DNA of 49,697 nt, filler included, from Sphacelaria rigidula (Eukaryota): NCBI GenBank assembly GCA_964200075.2. It is 3 parts of 3 records of this genome, joined end to end, with 100 filler letters (N's around TTAATTAATTAA, not from the genome) between each part and the next. Parts side by side here need not be neighbours in the genome. Positions count along the whole stretch, not along the records: positions 1 to 16,505 come from CAXNAA020001333.1; positions 16,606 to 33,102 come from CAXNAA020001334.1; 1 more part is not named here. The stretch is one strand, 5' to 3'. The notes under the pieces are model-generated. The model was not told the origin of the DNA. It saw only the letters and a list, made by a program, of their open reading frames with translations, and searched no databases. Shown piece by piece: positions 11,516 through 23,900 of this stretch (positions are counted from its first letter, which is position 1; each line of letters begins with the position of its first letter). Both the position numbers and the translations under genes were made by a program.

Positions 11516-13785
11516 GTTTACCATGGCTGTACGCTCAACGTGAGTCCGGTGAATTTCTGGGTTTCGTGGTAGGGAGGCAGAGAAAGGTTATCGGCCACGT
11601 TGTTGTTTCGGTTTGCTGCAATTCACTGCCCATCAAATTCGGTATACATGTGTGACATATCTCATTTACCGCGCTGCGTTTCGTCAGGCGCTGTTCTCTT
11701 TGCGCAGTGCACCACGGCATATATATTACACCCGTTGTGCAGAGTACGGAGTGCTGTAGGCCACTAAGCAGGCAAGCTACGACGCAATGGTTGCCCGTCC
11801 ATGCAAGAAGAAGTCTTGGTTTGTGTGAGCCGAATTTCAATCACGTACTACCACGATGTGCTGTAGAGAACTGTACTGTGCATGTTCTGCAGTGCTGTAG
11901 ACCCGAACACGCTGCGGAGATGACTAAGCAACGAAGCTGCGAAAATTAGGCGTGCCCTTGTTAGTGAGGAGGACTGTTGGCTTTTCGTGAGGCGTGGCTC
12001 TATTACAAACTACACAATGACGTGCCCTACCGCACTGTGCTGCATCGTGTTGTGCTGTATTGTACTGTGCCTTTCATAGTGGACTATACACCGCGTTTTG
12101 CAGAAAAAGTACGGTCTCTGGGCAAGAATGTGACGTTGATGTACTCGCAGGTGTGCACCAACTTGAGGGCCATGGGTGGGCAAACTGCTTGTGTGATTTA
12201 AGCTCGTATCGTCGTAATTATCTAGACCACTGTTGATCGAGAGATGGCGATAAGAGTGTTCTAGGTTTGAAGAATGTTGCATGGCGCAACGGGGGCGGCG
12301 AGGCGAGACAGGCACATGAGAAACGCGCACAAAATGAATCCCTAGCATGACCATCTTCTCAGATTATTTTCGGATTTTGTTCACATGGAGTGATGAACGA
12401 CGATCTATAGGAGATAGTAGTTGATTCCAACGTAGAACCGGAGGTGGGTGTTACCCAGGAAGTGCTGTCCACGCGGCGTCCAAAACTGTATCGTTTCCGA
12501 ATGCGTACAGCGTTTGAATAGAGCATGATCGCGCGGAATGCTTGACGTTGTGCTTCGAAAACTGTTGGGACCATTAGGTTTGGTACTCGATGCTATGGTT
12601 CCTCGGTGTAGTCATCGTTGGTTTGTGCAAGGTATTGCTTACCAATGATCAGCACGCGCTTGAGATTCGAGTTGCACCCTCGCTGTGCTCGTGCTTGACA
12701 ACCAACACGTGGCAGTTCCAAGCACTCACTCACAAGCATGTTACCGTTGTGTTCGCTCTTCATGTGGGAACGATATTGAAGTCGCGGTGCCATACGTGCT
12801 GCAATAGATTTTTCTCAACTTTCTGGCGCCCAGTGTACATCAGGAGTGCACAAAGGAATCTCCTTTCTTGTTGTCATCACCTTTTTCATAGACGTACCGA
12901 ATGAAACGTGGTGTCCAACTACCACTGTGACTTGGTTCGTAATCAACGAGATGCACGCCATAATACTCATTTGACCATCCCTGTATGATTTTTCGAGATT
13001 CTGTTCCCTGACAGTCTCGCGAGTTTTCCGAGGGTGGCTTTTGTAGGCGGGAAAAGCCAGCAAGTGAACACAGGCGGTCAGCAGTACTTGCGCGAAACTG
13101 AAACGTTGGGTCAAAAGGCGTGCAACAACCCCTTGCGTGTTTGAGGGGGGCTGATTTATGGTTCCCCTCTTCGTCTGCTCTGTGTGCCACATGCAATCCT
13201 GGCATAATCAACGCTACTGCTTCTTTTCGCTAAGACAGCAATTTGCTGCTGGTCGTAATATATTCACAAAACCGCGATGGCGTGCGGCCGGCAACGCCCT
13301 CTATATAGGCGCTGTGTCTCCACCAAAAGCAATTGCTCCGAAATCCCCCTCCTCCCAATGTTCATCCGAGCAGCGTTCAACTAATCTCCGGGTGATGTCA
13401 GGGATAAGTCGTTTGGTTGTAAAACGTTTGGGATATTTAGGAATTTTTATAATTTATCACAGGCAAGTTACAACAAGTTCTTTCGAGCATGATTGAGCAA
13501 TAAACTCGAACAGATCCTTGGCATTACAAGTAATGAGCCCGATCCACTAAGCCACCCTGAAAAATGCTTGTTTGTCGATGAAACCCCTTCAAAAAGTATG
13601 CAGTTAGCCCCTGCTCCCCTCGACATTTGATACTCATACTTCTCTGCGACTGTTCAGGTTCATCACAATCTCGGCGAGTCTTCCTGACTGCAGGGAAGAT
13701 CATCTTGAAGCCACCGCCGGCGTCTTGTATGTGCAGGAGGGTCGCCAATTCGGCATGGTAAGCGGGGCAAAGGGTGAAAAGCGGT

Positions 13786-14517
13786 CTAGGATATTTCCGT
13801 CATGTTTATTAAAAATGCCACTCGTCGCTCGCTTGACGTGATCTCTCACCACAGTTCTCGAATGATGGTAACTCGAATTTCTCACGCAGTATCCACCCTG
13901 AAAAAACTGCCCCCAAGTCCTCCCGTAGCGTCCACAAGTACACTTCGAATGCGTCTTTCCAACGTTTTCAAGCTCCGCATCCACTTGAAGTATCTGTTCA
14001 CGAACACGATCGAGTCATCCTTTTCTGTTCCGTCTCATCCGGTAATGTTTCGTGTTCAAGTCCGAATCCGCCCGCAATGTGCCCCACAACGTCGTGTATC
14101 ACAGCAGAGCAAGTTCATTGACCACCCGCCAGGCGCATCTTCATGTAAGAAATCTACCTCCACGACCACCGCTCCAGTTACCCCGGCAAGCACATCAGTG
14201 TATTTCGGAGGTACGCCCACCTCTATTTCAGGCGATGCCGCGAGCTCTATCTGCACACCACCGTCATTAAAACCGCCGCTATTGCAAAAGTCACTCTCCG
14301 AGTCAAGGTTGCTGTTCTCTCAAAGTCGTGGGGTGTTCAGCCGGCCGTCCATGTTCACTTCGCCCCCGCCTGAGTCTGAACGGGACACTAGTAGTAGTGG
14401 TACCAGCGAAAGCAGCTCAAGCGTGGAGATCGCGGAGGAGATGCATAGCGGTGCCGCTGTTGGTAGCGGCGGTGGGGACAAAGCTGTCGGGCGACTCCAT
14501 ACTTTGAAGTTACACTA
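13786..14517 (-). pseudogene. Coding-like minus-strand frame of 242 codons interrupted only by TGA codons; unknown product
   Basis: Frame 14514-13789 reads as a normal protein (..DVLAGVTGAVVVEVDFLHEDAPGGWSMNLLCC..NRYFKWMRSLKTLERRIRSVLVD..). TGA falls at 14320, 14056, 14035, 13882 and 13846. Confidence 0.45.
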
Positions 14518-15631
14518 GGTGTAGTCATGATTTGACGTGGTCTTGGTGTGATGTTTTACTTTGACGCGAAATTTTGGTTTCATGTGGACTTCGAGTTCGG
14601 TTGCTGACGGCACGAAATAAGTTTTCTTTCGCAGATGGCGTTAAAATCTTGTAAAGTTGAGGAGCAGGGCAGCACATGTTGTTGCAATATGGAAGAGGGC
14701 AAGTTTTGGTGCACGCATGTTCCTGCCTGTCTCCGTTGTTCTGTTGGTCGATGTGGATCGTGAAGGTAGTTATGTGTGTTGTGAATGTCTGTTTCTCTCA
14801 GTATGGGGGTAGAAAATAGCATTTCCGATCATCCATGTATATACCACATGCAGTACTGGATACCCTTTTTTATGTGACCTCGTACCTTCCGAGCACTGTC
14901 TGGGTAGGCAATTGCGTTTAGAAAAATCTGGTAGTCAAACGTGTTTTGATGTTTTTTCTCGGGCTTTCTCGGGATTCCATTCGATATCTTATAACCCTTT
15001 TCAAGGGTACGATTTTGTTGATGGTGCTGTCGATCTAGATGCCTCCGTGGCTAAACTATTTGTACACAGTACCTGCTGCCGTTTCCTTGCTGCGACGACC
15101 GCAGTTATCACATTTTGTACATCCTTACGCTCCATGAGGTGAAACCGATTTCCATCGGAAAGGCCGCATTTGCTTAAGCGTGGTAACGTTGTTCCCTCAG
15201 CTTTTCAGAACCGTTTTAATTTTGTGGATGCAGATCATAAAAATCAAACTCTCTAGCTTTTACAGGCCTTGCGACTTCGATGCAGTTGGTGACCGTGATC
15301 ACGTCCTCCTGACATCGGAATAATTATTACTTATGGGGAGCTACTACTCGTACTGTACCGAGCTGTTCACGTGACCAGCGTGTGCTGCACATTACCTATG
15401 CGCCACGCTATCAGCAGTTAGGTCACCACCATAGGGATCTTTTTTCACTCTACATGTAAAAAATGTCTTTACAAGTGTTTGATCTCTCATACACCCCCCT
15501 CAACTGGCGTGTGGCAGGCCCTTCTGCTCGGGCACCCCGTGGGGAGAGGTCGGCGAACATCAACGATGAATAACACCCCCTAAGTTCAAATTGGATCTAT
15601 CTGTTATTGCCGCAGCACCGCCCTTCCTGGC

Positions 15632-15641
15632 NNNNNNNNNN
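15632..15641. other. Assembly gap (10 N)
   Basis: Run of N. Confidence 0.99.
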
Positions 15642-16505
15642 ATGTGTGTGACAGAGAACAGTAGTAGCGGTGACGGGAAAATTGCCCTATTTTTTCAACG
15701 ACATGTTATTCAGCGCACAGAGGTGCGTCCTGTCCAAAAGGAGAGGCAGAGAGAAATTGATCTTCGCATCGATGATGAGGTGCTCAGGCAAGAAGAGACG
15801 ACGGAATCTCTCCGCAGCTTGGTGTTGCGGGACATGGAAAATTTGGCACATGCTGGTAAGATCGATGATGGTAGTCTCTCGAGAGTTTGGAAATCGCCAC
15901 AAAGGACGCGAGCGAGGAGCTTCCTCTCTGTCGCTGCTTCTCTCTCTGGTGATATCGTCATCGACACGCGTGTACACCGCATTCGTTAGGTGTACCTAGG
16001 AGCGGGGCCGACGATAATCCAGGAGGTGTAGAAAAAATCTATCATTGGTGAGCTGGACAACGTACACGTTTGTCCGGCGGAATGACGGTGTATGCTTGTG
16101 GAAGAAATAGCACGTTTTTGTGAAATTCGAACAAGAAACAATGGGGCACTTGCACTCATCGGACGTACCGTCGAACGTACGATCAGCGACGCGTTATAAC
16201 AACCCCTTGAATAGTTTCGATTTCTACCATCGTGCCGGAAGATAACACTCCCTAAAACGATTTCTTCCGCGACATACTTCACCACAACGGTGGGAAAAGA
16301 GCAGGAGACAACTCTTCTTTCTCCTCCACTCTGGTACTATTCTCCCCGGTACTCCAAATGGCTTCGCAACCGACGGCCTGAGAGCAATGCTACCGTAGGG
16401 GTGCACTTTATTCGCGAAATTTTGTCTGGTTCAGGGGCTCCTAATGAATTCTAGACGCACAAGAATATGGGCCAGGGCATCCCCATTTGCAGATTTATTC
16501 GGGAT

Positions 16506-16605
16506 NNNNNNNNNNNNNNNNNNNNNNNNNNNNNNNNNNNNNNNNNNNNTTAATTAATTAANNNNNNNNNNNNNNNNNNNNNNNNNNNNNNNNNNNNNNN
16601 NNNNN
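16506..16605. other. Artificial contig-joining spacer
   Basis: 44 N + TTAATTAATTAA (stops in all six frames) + 44 N. Confidence 0.98.
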
Positions 16606-17984
16606 CATCGCCAACCGATGCCAACCCCATCGGGGGTCCGCCCCTACAAAGCCGGGACGGATCACGCCGGGTTCTCGCCGGACCAGGCTATGAAAGTATG
16701 GAGGGGGGGGAAGCCACACTATTACATGAAGCGCTGCAAACACACGTGGTGGCATGATCGTACCGAAAGGACTAGAAGAGGCAAATCAGACAGGAGTATT
16801 GTAATTAAAAAACGTAGAAGTGCCGTTCAGCTTTATATGAAAAGCGCGCATGGTTGTCGCGGCCATGATACCATGTTGCTGAAACACCGGAAACATATAG
16901 TGCTTTGCCCCTTTTCGGTTCTTCTTGTAGGCAATAACTCTGAAGGATCGATCGTCCAGGCTCGGCTACTTCTGTACAAAGGCGTGCCGTTTATGTGCAT
17001 CGGGTTTAGCGGCAGCGCCTCGCCTCGTGCTCATTATGCGTTCCCGCAGTTCAGCGGAAAATTGTGCGCATCGTGTTTTGAGAATAACGCGCTCGAGTCA
17101 TGCAAAGAATGGGGGAGAGCGAGATACTCATGGAGTGGTTGAAAGGGATTGCTCGCTCCTGACTGATGCGCTATCATCCCTTCAACAGTTTTCGAAGCCG
17201 AGTCTTCCTATGGCCATTCGGCACCGTCTGAAACTACAGTACAGTGGCAGGGTTGCCAGGTCACCTACAACTGTTGTATACCCCATTGTACAGCGAGTCT
17301 AGGCTCACCCCGTATGTGGTAATCCATCTACCGTGTCGTTTGTCTCGTGTGGCATGCCGAATGTCAATAGTACTGCACAATCTCGTAGTGTGCACAAGAG
17401 AGTATATGCGTATGCGTTTGAGCTGTAAGCCCGTGCATCACGCTGTGGTGTACCATGGTTGCAGCACGATACAGTACCACCAAGCGTACTGTATTTCATT
17501 TTCCCACATTTATATGACGGTAATTGGAACATTTGCGAAAGGCGTATATCCATGTGGGCGGGGACGTGCGAACGACAGTGTTTCTGCTCATGAAAGGAAC
17601 TTGATCGACGCTGGTGGTTCTGTGCACACCTCTCTCGCACGTAGAACACTGTCGCTTCATCCCCCACCCAAACTGCACATTTTGATGGCGTTGATCGCTT
17701 TGACTCATGGCAGACACCCAACCCTACGGGCCACGACTGTGGGTCTCGAAACGAAAACCGCTTACTCGTGCTTCGAACCGATGAAAAGTAGCACCAAAAC
17801 AAAACGATCCTGAGCACTACCTCTACCGCTTTACTTTGGGGATGTGGGCCCTGCTTTGCTTTGGTTGTTGTCATTGCTTTGTCGTCTGCCACGGGGGAGG
17901 TCACAGGAACTTTGTTTCTACAGTCTGAACCGCTGGACGCACACCCGCCCCGCTCTTCCTCCTATCGTTGCGTCGTCCCCATAC

Positions 17985-20900
17985 CTGAACATGTCTGGAG
18001 CTGAACAAAACCCCGATCGAGGCCCAGGTGTTGCACCAAATGGACAGGAACAAGAGCACGTTGACCAAAATCAGCATCACCGAGAATATCGCGCTGCTCC
18101 TTGAGTTGGCGTCGGCTATTCCTACCTTGATCACCAAGGCTAGGAAATTTGAGAAAAAAATGACCCAACAACCCTGCGGTGGAAGAGGATTCATTGTTGA
18201 ACAAGCGAGGGCGTAGGGTAGACGGGTCGAGTGTCGCTGCAATATACCGAAGATGGCGGAGATTTCGATGGTAGCAGCTGCTTGCGTTTAGGTTCTTGCT
18301 TTATCCTACCTCCTCGAACAGCAGAGGAATGAATCGTGATAAGCGGTTTTCCAACTGTCGAGAGCGTGTCAGAAGTATGAAAGACGTTGTCAAGTCCTTT
18401 CCTTGCCCCGCGCCCCCGAAGGATTTTAATGGTTGAAAGCATGCCCTCTCGGCATTTCAGTGCGCAACTCACCGTCCTGTAAAGCTGAATGTCGACGCGA
18501 TCAACGTGCGGTTTGAGAGCCTCGAACAACTGGAGACTGTAAGCGGTAAGAAGTGCACGCCCATGGAAGGAGGGGGGCAGGGTAGCTGATGTTCAAGACC
18601 TCTGTGCATTTCAGGGTTTCGATAGCGATAGCCAGGCGCTCTCTGCTTGCGCTTCAATGGTATGTATCTGCCCTTTTTTGGTACAAGCTGTGATGAAGGT
18701 AAAACGCTCAGCAAACCTCGAATATATGTGCAGTCTTAACCGTTGTATTGCGACGCTAAAGAGGAGAAGTGAAAAGGAGATGGAGACCGCAAACTGGGGC
18801 AGCAACGACGACCCGCCACCACTAGCGCGGCACAGCCCCTTCATATTTCCCCTGCTACGATAAAACGCTGCATGGTATCGTGACGAGCCGCCTTACCTCA
18901 GAAAAGCGAAGATGCAACTTACACCCAACTGTCCTGGACAGTCGCGCAGCGTGAAGACCAAAAGCCCGGTCAGCATCAAGCGCCTGAGGCACTCGCAAAC
19001 CTGCCCGTTGTGCCCAGGGAGCAAACGCGGGGGAACCGACTGCGAGAGTTTTGTCGAATTCCTTTAAGTAGAGCTCAGTTCGACCCAGTGAACGTCTTGT
19101 GCACCAACATTAGCATACGTTGGGAGTGGGCCTCAAACGAACAAGTTGTATTTATGGCTACATTCGTTGTTCATCTATCAACGCAGACATTCGTCCTTCG
19201 TCACCAACCTCGTAGTAGTATCGTTTTGGATAGTATGCCCCCCACAGAAAGGCAGTTGGGGCGACCGTCTCGTCGCTCTGGCGCTTCTCGATCTTCTCCC
19301 GCTGTCAAAACATTCACCAACAGACACAGATGAACATAAAACGCACTCGATACGTTTCCAGCGATGTGCAGTTTCACGGTCTGTACTTTGTACTCTTTGC
19401 ATTCCGCGGTAAACTGACGACTCGAAAAAGGGAGGCAGTCTTGCCTTCGTAGTGAAATGCGAGAGCGAGCTCGAAGATCTTCCGCGATTCGTAGTGTAAG
19501 TACACGGTAACCGACTCACAACCTTGACCAAACCCCGAAGTGACGACAAACGACTTGTGTCCATTTCGACGGGGTATAAATGGGTCATATGATGCATCGG
19601 CCGATTTCAGCCTTTCCCGATACAGTGCGGGTCCTGGTATACATGATATTGGTCTGTTTCATGCCCATCATTGTCCTAGTACGTGGGATTGAATGGCGAA
19701 GCCAGCGGTGTCGGTGTGATTCTATACGAGCAGAGCAGCAAGATGGGCCTCCTCACAATGCACGTAACACGGCCCTAAACACAATATCACCACTCCGCTA
19801 TCGCTCCCACGGCACACATACTCGCATATGCATGTCGTTGGAGAGAACCACTCCAAAAGGACCCAGGTCAGAGAGAGCGTCTTGATAGAACGATGTGGTT
19901 GTTGTTAATGTGTGTGCTGGGCGTGAGGGGCAGGGGGGCAGGGGGGGGGGGGGGGGACTGCGAAGGGTTTATCTTACCACAACGTCCTCTCTGCCTGCGT
20001 TTGCCGGCTTCTCAACGTGAGGGTTGATCTTGGACCTCTGTCGCACGAGGAAGTAGCAAAAAGCTGCAGGGATCCCTAGAGGATCTGCATCGCCGGGAGG
20101 ACGGGAGACGGAAGGCGAGAGAGCATTGAAACAGCAACAAACATAGATTGAAGAAGTGTGCGAAGAGGGTACGCGGATTAGTATCAGCCTTGATCTAATC
20201 CCAGGATCAGTTTCTTGATGACGACTAGTTGTCGAAACGAGACGGGGAAAATGAAGCATAGTTGTGTTAGCATTAGCTGCAACGAGGTGCAATCCAAGCA
20301 CTTGGGTTTCCCGAGTGGATAGGTATGATAAAATACTTGACTGCACATTCGTCTTTGCACCTAAGCTCATCCTTCATGAAGCTGAGGGTCGAGCATCGAT
20401 ACAGAAAGTCAGTCTGCACGTAACTCTGTGCACAGGGGTAACAGTTACGGAAAGACTCACAAATGAGGACGCAAAAGCATGCGTACACTTTGTACGCCCG
20501 GTGCCTTGGTGTGTCGCATTTCAGCCTGAAATCCGCTCGCAGGTAACTTACGCCGATCTCCGGCAAATCCTGGCAAGCAAACGTCTGGAAGACCTGTACA
20601 CGCGGGCATCCATTCGTGGTTGAAAGGTGAGTACTGCGAAAAGATACATGCTCGGGGCGATACCAGGTATGGACTAATGCCGAGATAGCACCCCCGCAAA
20701 AAGTGCACCGGATACCGTCCGACAAACCGGCTGCGATTCCACTTTTGCGCTCGTTTGCAGCAATTTCTACCACATGAGAGGCGTGTAGTAGTCCGAATTC
20801 AGCTATGACGCCCAAATGAGTCGCGTCGTGCACCACGAAACCAACTCTAACGGTATTTATGATCATCGCCTCCGTGCACTGTTTTGGCCGGTCTGGGGGG

Positions 20901-23900
20901 GGAGCTATCTCGGCAGCAGTCCATGCTCAGCACAATCAATTGAGCTGATCGCTGTATGACTTGGAAGCAGCGCTGGTCACCGTGCATTGCGTCAAATTTA
21001 CCCGTTTTTCCGCAAAGCACCCGACCGTCCAGCACCCATGCTACCTCCTCCGAGTATTTGAATGCTTGCAGTCACGCATGCCAAAGTCGTCGGCACCGAA
21101 AATGGTGTCATTTCGTAGGCGTGAAGAAATATCAATTGGATGTCGTCGCTCAGGAGTTTTTTCTTTAACGGAACAGTTGGTAGCCAATACGATCAACTGA
21201 ACGTCATTCCGACCTTCTCCAGATATCTGTTCAATGGACGTCAAGCTAGCGGCGTGGAGGCTGAGGGGGGGTTGGTACTCCAAGAGGGTTCGTCCATCGA
21301 GGCAAAAACTATAGTGTGGGTTATGAACATTTGCATTGCCTGATCATGATTGTCCCAAAAGCTCACCACCGTAGAGACTTGGGAGTAGATCAAATAGAGG
21401 ACGACGAGGGCCATTGTCGTATGCCGGGAAAATAGGCGACTCTGCGCCGCGGTGCGCCCACGATCGAACACAGTTTGCGGAGCCGCCGCCGTCGTCGATA
21501 TGTTTTCACACATGGCAGAGGGGATGTCAAAATGCACACACAACGGATGGGGAGAGAGCTTTTGAGCAATGCCCTAGAATCGGTCACACGCGGCCGTGTT
21601 GTGTGCGAAGCTCCACGCGTTACAACGCGTAAAAATATCGTGATATTCGCCATCGCCTCCTACAAACAAGGCACGCGCGACACACCATAGACATTGCCAC
21701 AGTCAGAAGACCTTGAAACACGTTACTAGAGACTAGCTTTACAAACAAAACGATCCCAGAAGAACAAAACCGATAACACTAGGTACCGATCGAGCTACTC
21801 GTTCTGTCCACTGCAAGACTTCCTATCGAGTAGCTCCCCACACAACTTGTTTCCCGCCAAAGACCAATACGCAATATCTATATTCAATCAAGGCACCTGA
21901 CACGTCGAACGTTTACGTGAATGTTGCGAGTAAATTTGTTTAAATACCTCTTCTGAGTTCCCGACGGAAGTTCTACCCTTGCCGCAGTCGTGTCCCGGGG
22001 GCGACAAGGAGAGGCCATCCCCGCCAATGCCGCTTCCGTGTCTCACAACAGCCGCAGGAGGGGGTTGCGTTGAGTTGTGCACTTGATCCCACGCTTTCCG
22101 ATCGGTAAACAGGTGGGTAGTGGAGTCCATATCCTGACTTTCTCCCTCTTCATCCAATCGGCGTTTGCCGCATGAGCGCTCCTGGGATGACATCCTGACG
22201 AAACGGCTAGAACGTCTCGGAATCTCCAAGTAAACAGAGGATTCCGTACCGCTCGTTCTGCTGAAGTGCGATGGTTGCTTCGACTTCCTGCACCTGATAC
22301 GCCTCCGTCGTCGTCGCGCATGTCGACGCCCCACGCAGAACGTCACCCCCACAAGGCAAAGTACCATTGCGGGGCCCATGGTCACCAACCTGAGTCAAGT
22401 GTATAGATTGTGGGTACGTCACATGTTCAGAAATTTCGGACATGAAAAAAAAGGGGTTCTATATTTCGCTTTGAGCTAGTGCCTGGCAAAATCAAACATT
22501 TCCTTTCACTAAGGCTTCATCGTCAGGTCGGTGGCTCCTGCTGTTCACCTTCGTATGATGTGTGCACATATTGCATTGATGAGGGCTACAGGATTGCTTA
22601 CAAGATCGAGCTCGTGTGTTTTTTTCAGACGAGAGTACGCAACAAGCGGTGAAGTCATATTGACGGCCGCGCGAAGATTTCCAATAACCAGCCAGCCCCC
22701 AAGACTGTTAGGGGCAAGCGCGTATAGAGAGGTCAAATGAGTCCTGGATCGCATTTTCGATTCTTTTCGTGGGGCGTTAGTGCTGCTTGCTTCATCATAT
22801 CTTCAAGACTCTGCTGGGAGGCATGGATCAGTTGGCTTTTCTTTCGCCTACCTGAGCTTGTCGTAGAAGTCGATTTTGGTATCGATGCACCCGGCGGAGA
22901 ATATATGGCCGACGTCGAACGTGACGACACCGATGATGGACAGAAATTTTCGGTACGTCGGCGGCAAAGGCGCTTGCGTTATCTCCGTGAACTGCCGAGT
23001 ACGACCGAACGAGGAAGGGGGAGGAAACGTGGTGGTCAGACAAATCAATTCGCCATGTTCATCCACACATTGTGTGTGTGATCCCGGATATAATGTGGCC
23101 GTCTGACAGCCACGGGATGGTCCTAACCAGCGCACACGCACCATTCCTTTCTCTCACCGTATGCACACTGGCATTGTGGCTACCATGCGATGAGGTGTTT
23201 ACGTGTCGCAGCTCCGAGGGTGAGGACCACGAAAAATAGATATCGTGTGTGAAAAAAGAAAATTTGCTAACTAGGCGCCAAAACGCCTCTTACCCAACAC
23301 TTTCAGTCGATATCCGAATATTCTTCACAAGTACGTCACAGTGCTGTTCTAGCTTGCCACTTCTTTTTTGATCGATCAAAACGCTTCCAACACAGGCACA
23401 ACCACATGACTCGGCGGAAAGCTGCGCTGTATTTTCGTCCTGGTTTTCAAATCGTCTCCGTTCCCATGCGTGCCCATAACGCCCATCCTCTATACTTCTC
23501 ACCGCGCTCAGAATCTGCCAAACAACTGCAATACCCTCGGCCACAGAGGATGAACAAGAACACCAGCGCAAGTCCAGCAGGAGCCATTCGCGCCAGCAAG
23601 AGGGTGGAGGATGATAAACGTCCGTTCGGAGCGGCGTGCGCGGAATTCGAACATAAGATGTGATCAGGACGTCAATAAAGGAGACTCGGGTAATAGCGGA
23701 AACGTCGGAGGAGGAATACTGATGTTGAGAATATTTTTGAGTTTAGCGAACATGAGACATGGTTTAGCATTTTCTCCGCGAAGAGGGTGTGCTCAATCGA
23801 TGCATGGCCATCAGCGACGACAAACCAACATACTCTAGAAGGGAGCATCGACCTTGCCGGCGAACAGGGTCCATACCACAAACACGCTTTAGCCCACGTT

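Noticed and set aside
13802-14518. 238-aa + strand ORF as a real gene
   Set aside because: Its S/T/P-rich composition is typical of an antisense shadow; the minus-strand frame looks like the true coding relic.
16550-16561. TTAATTAATTAA as a biological motif or piggyBac TTAA site
   Set aside because: Centred in N-runs and repeated identically at 33147-33158; an assembly linker.
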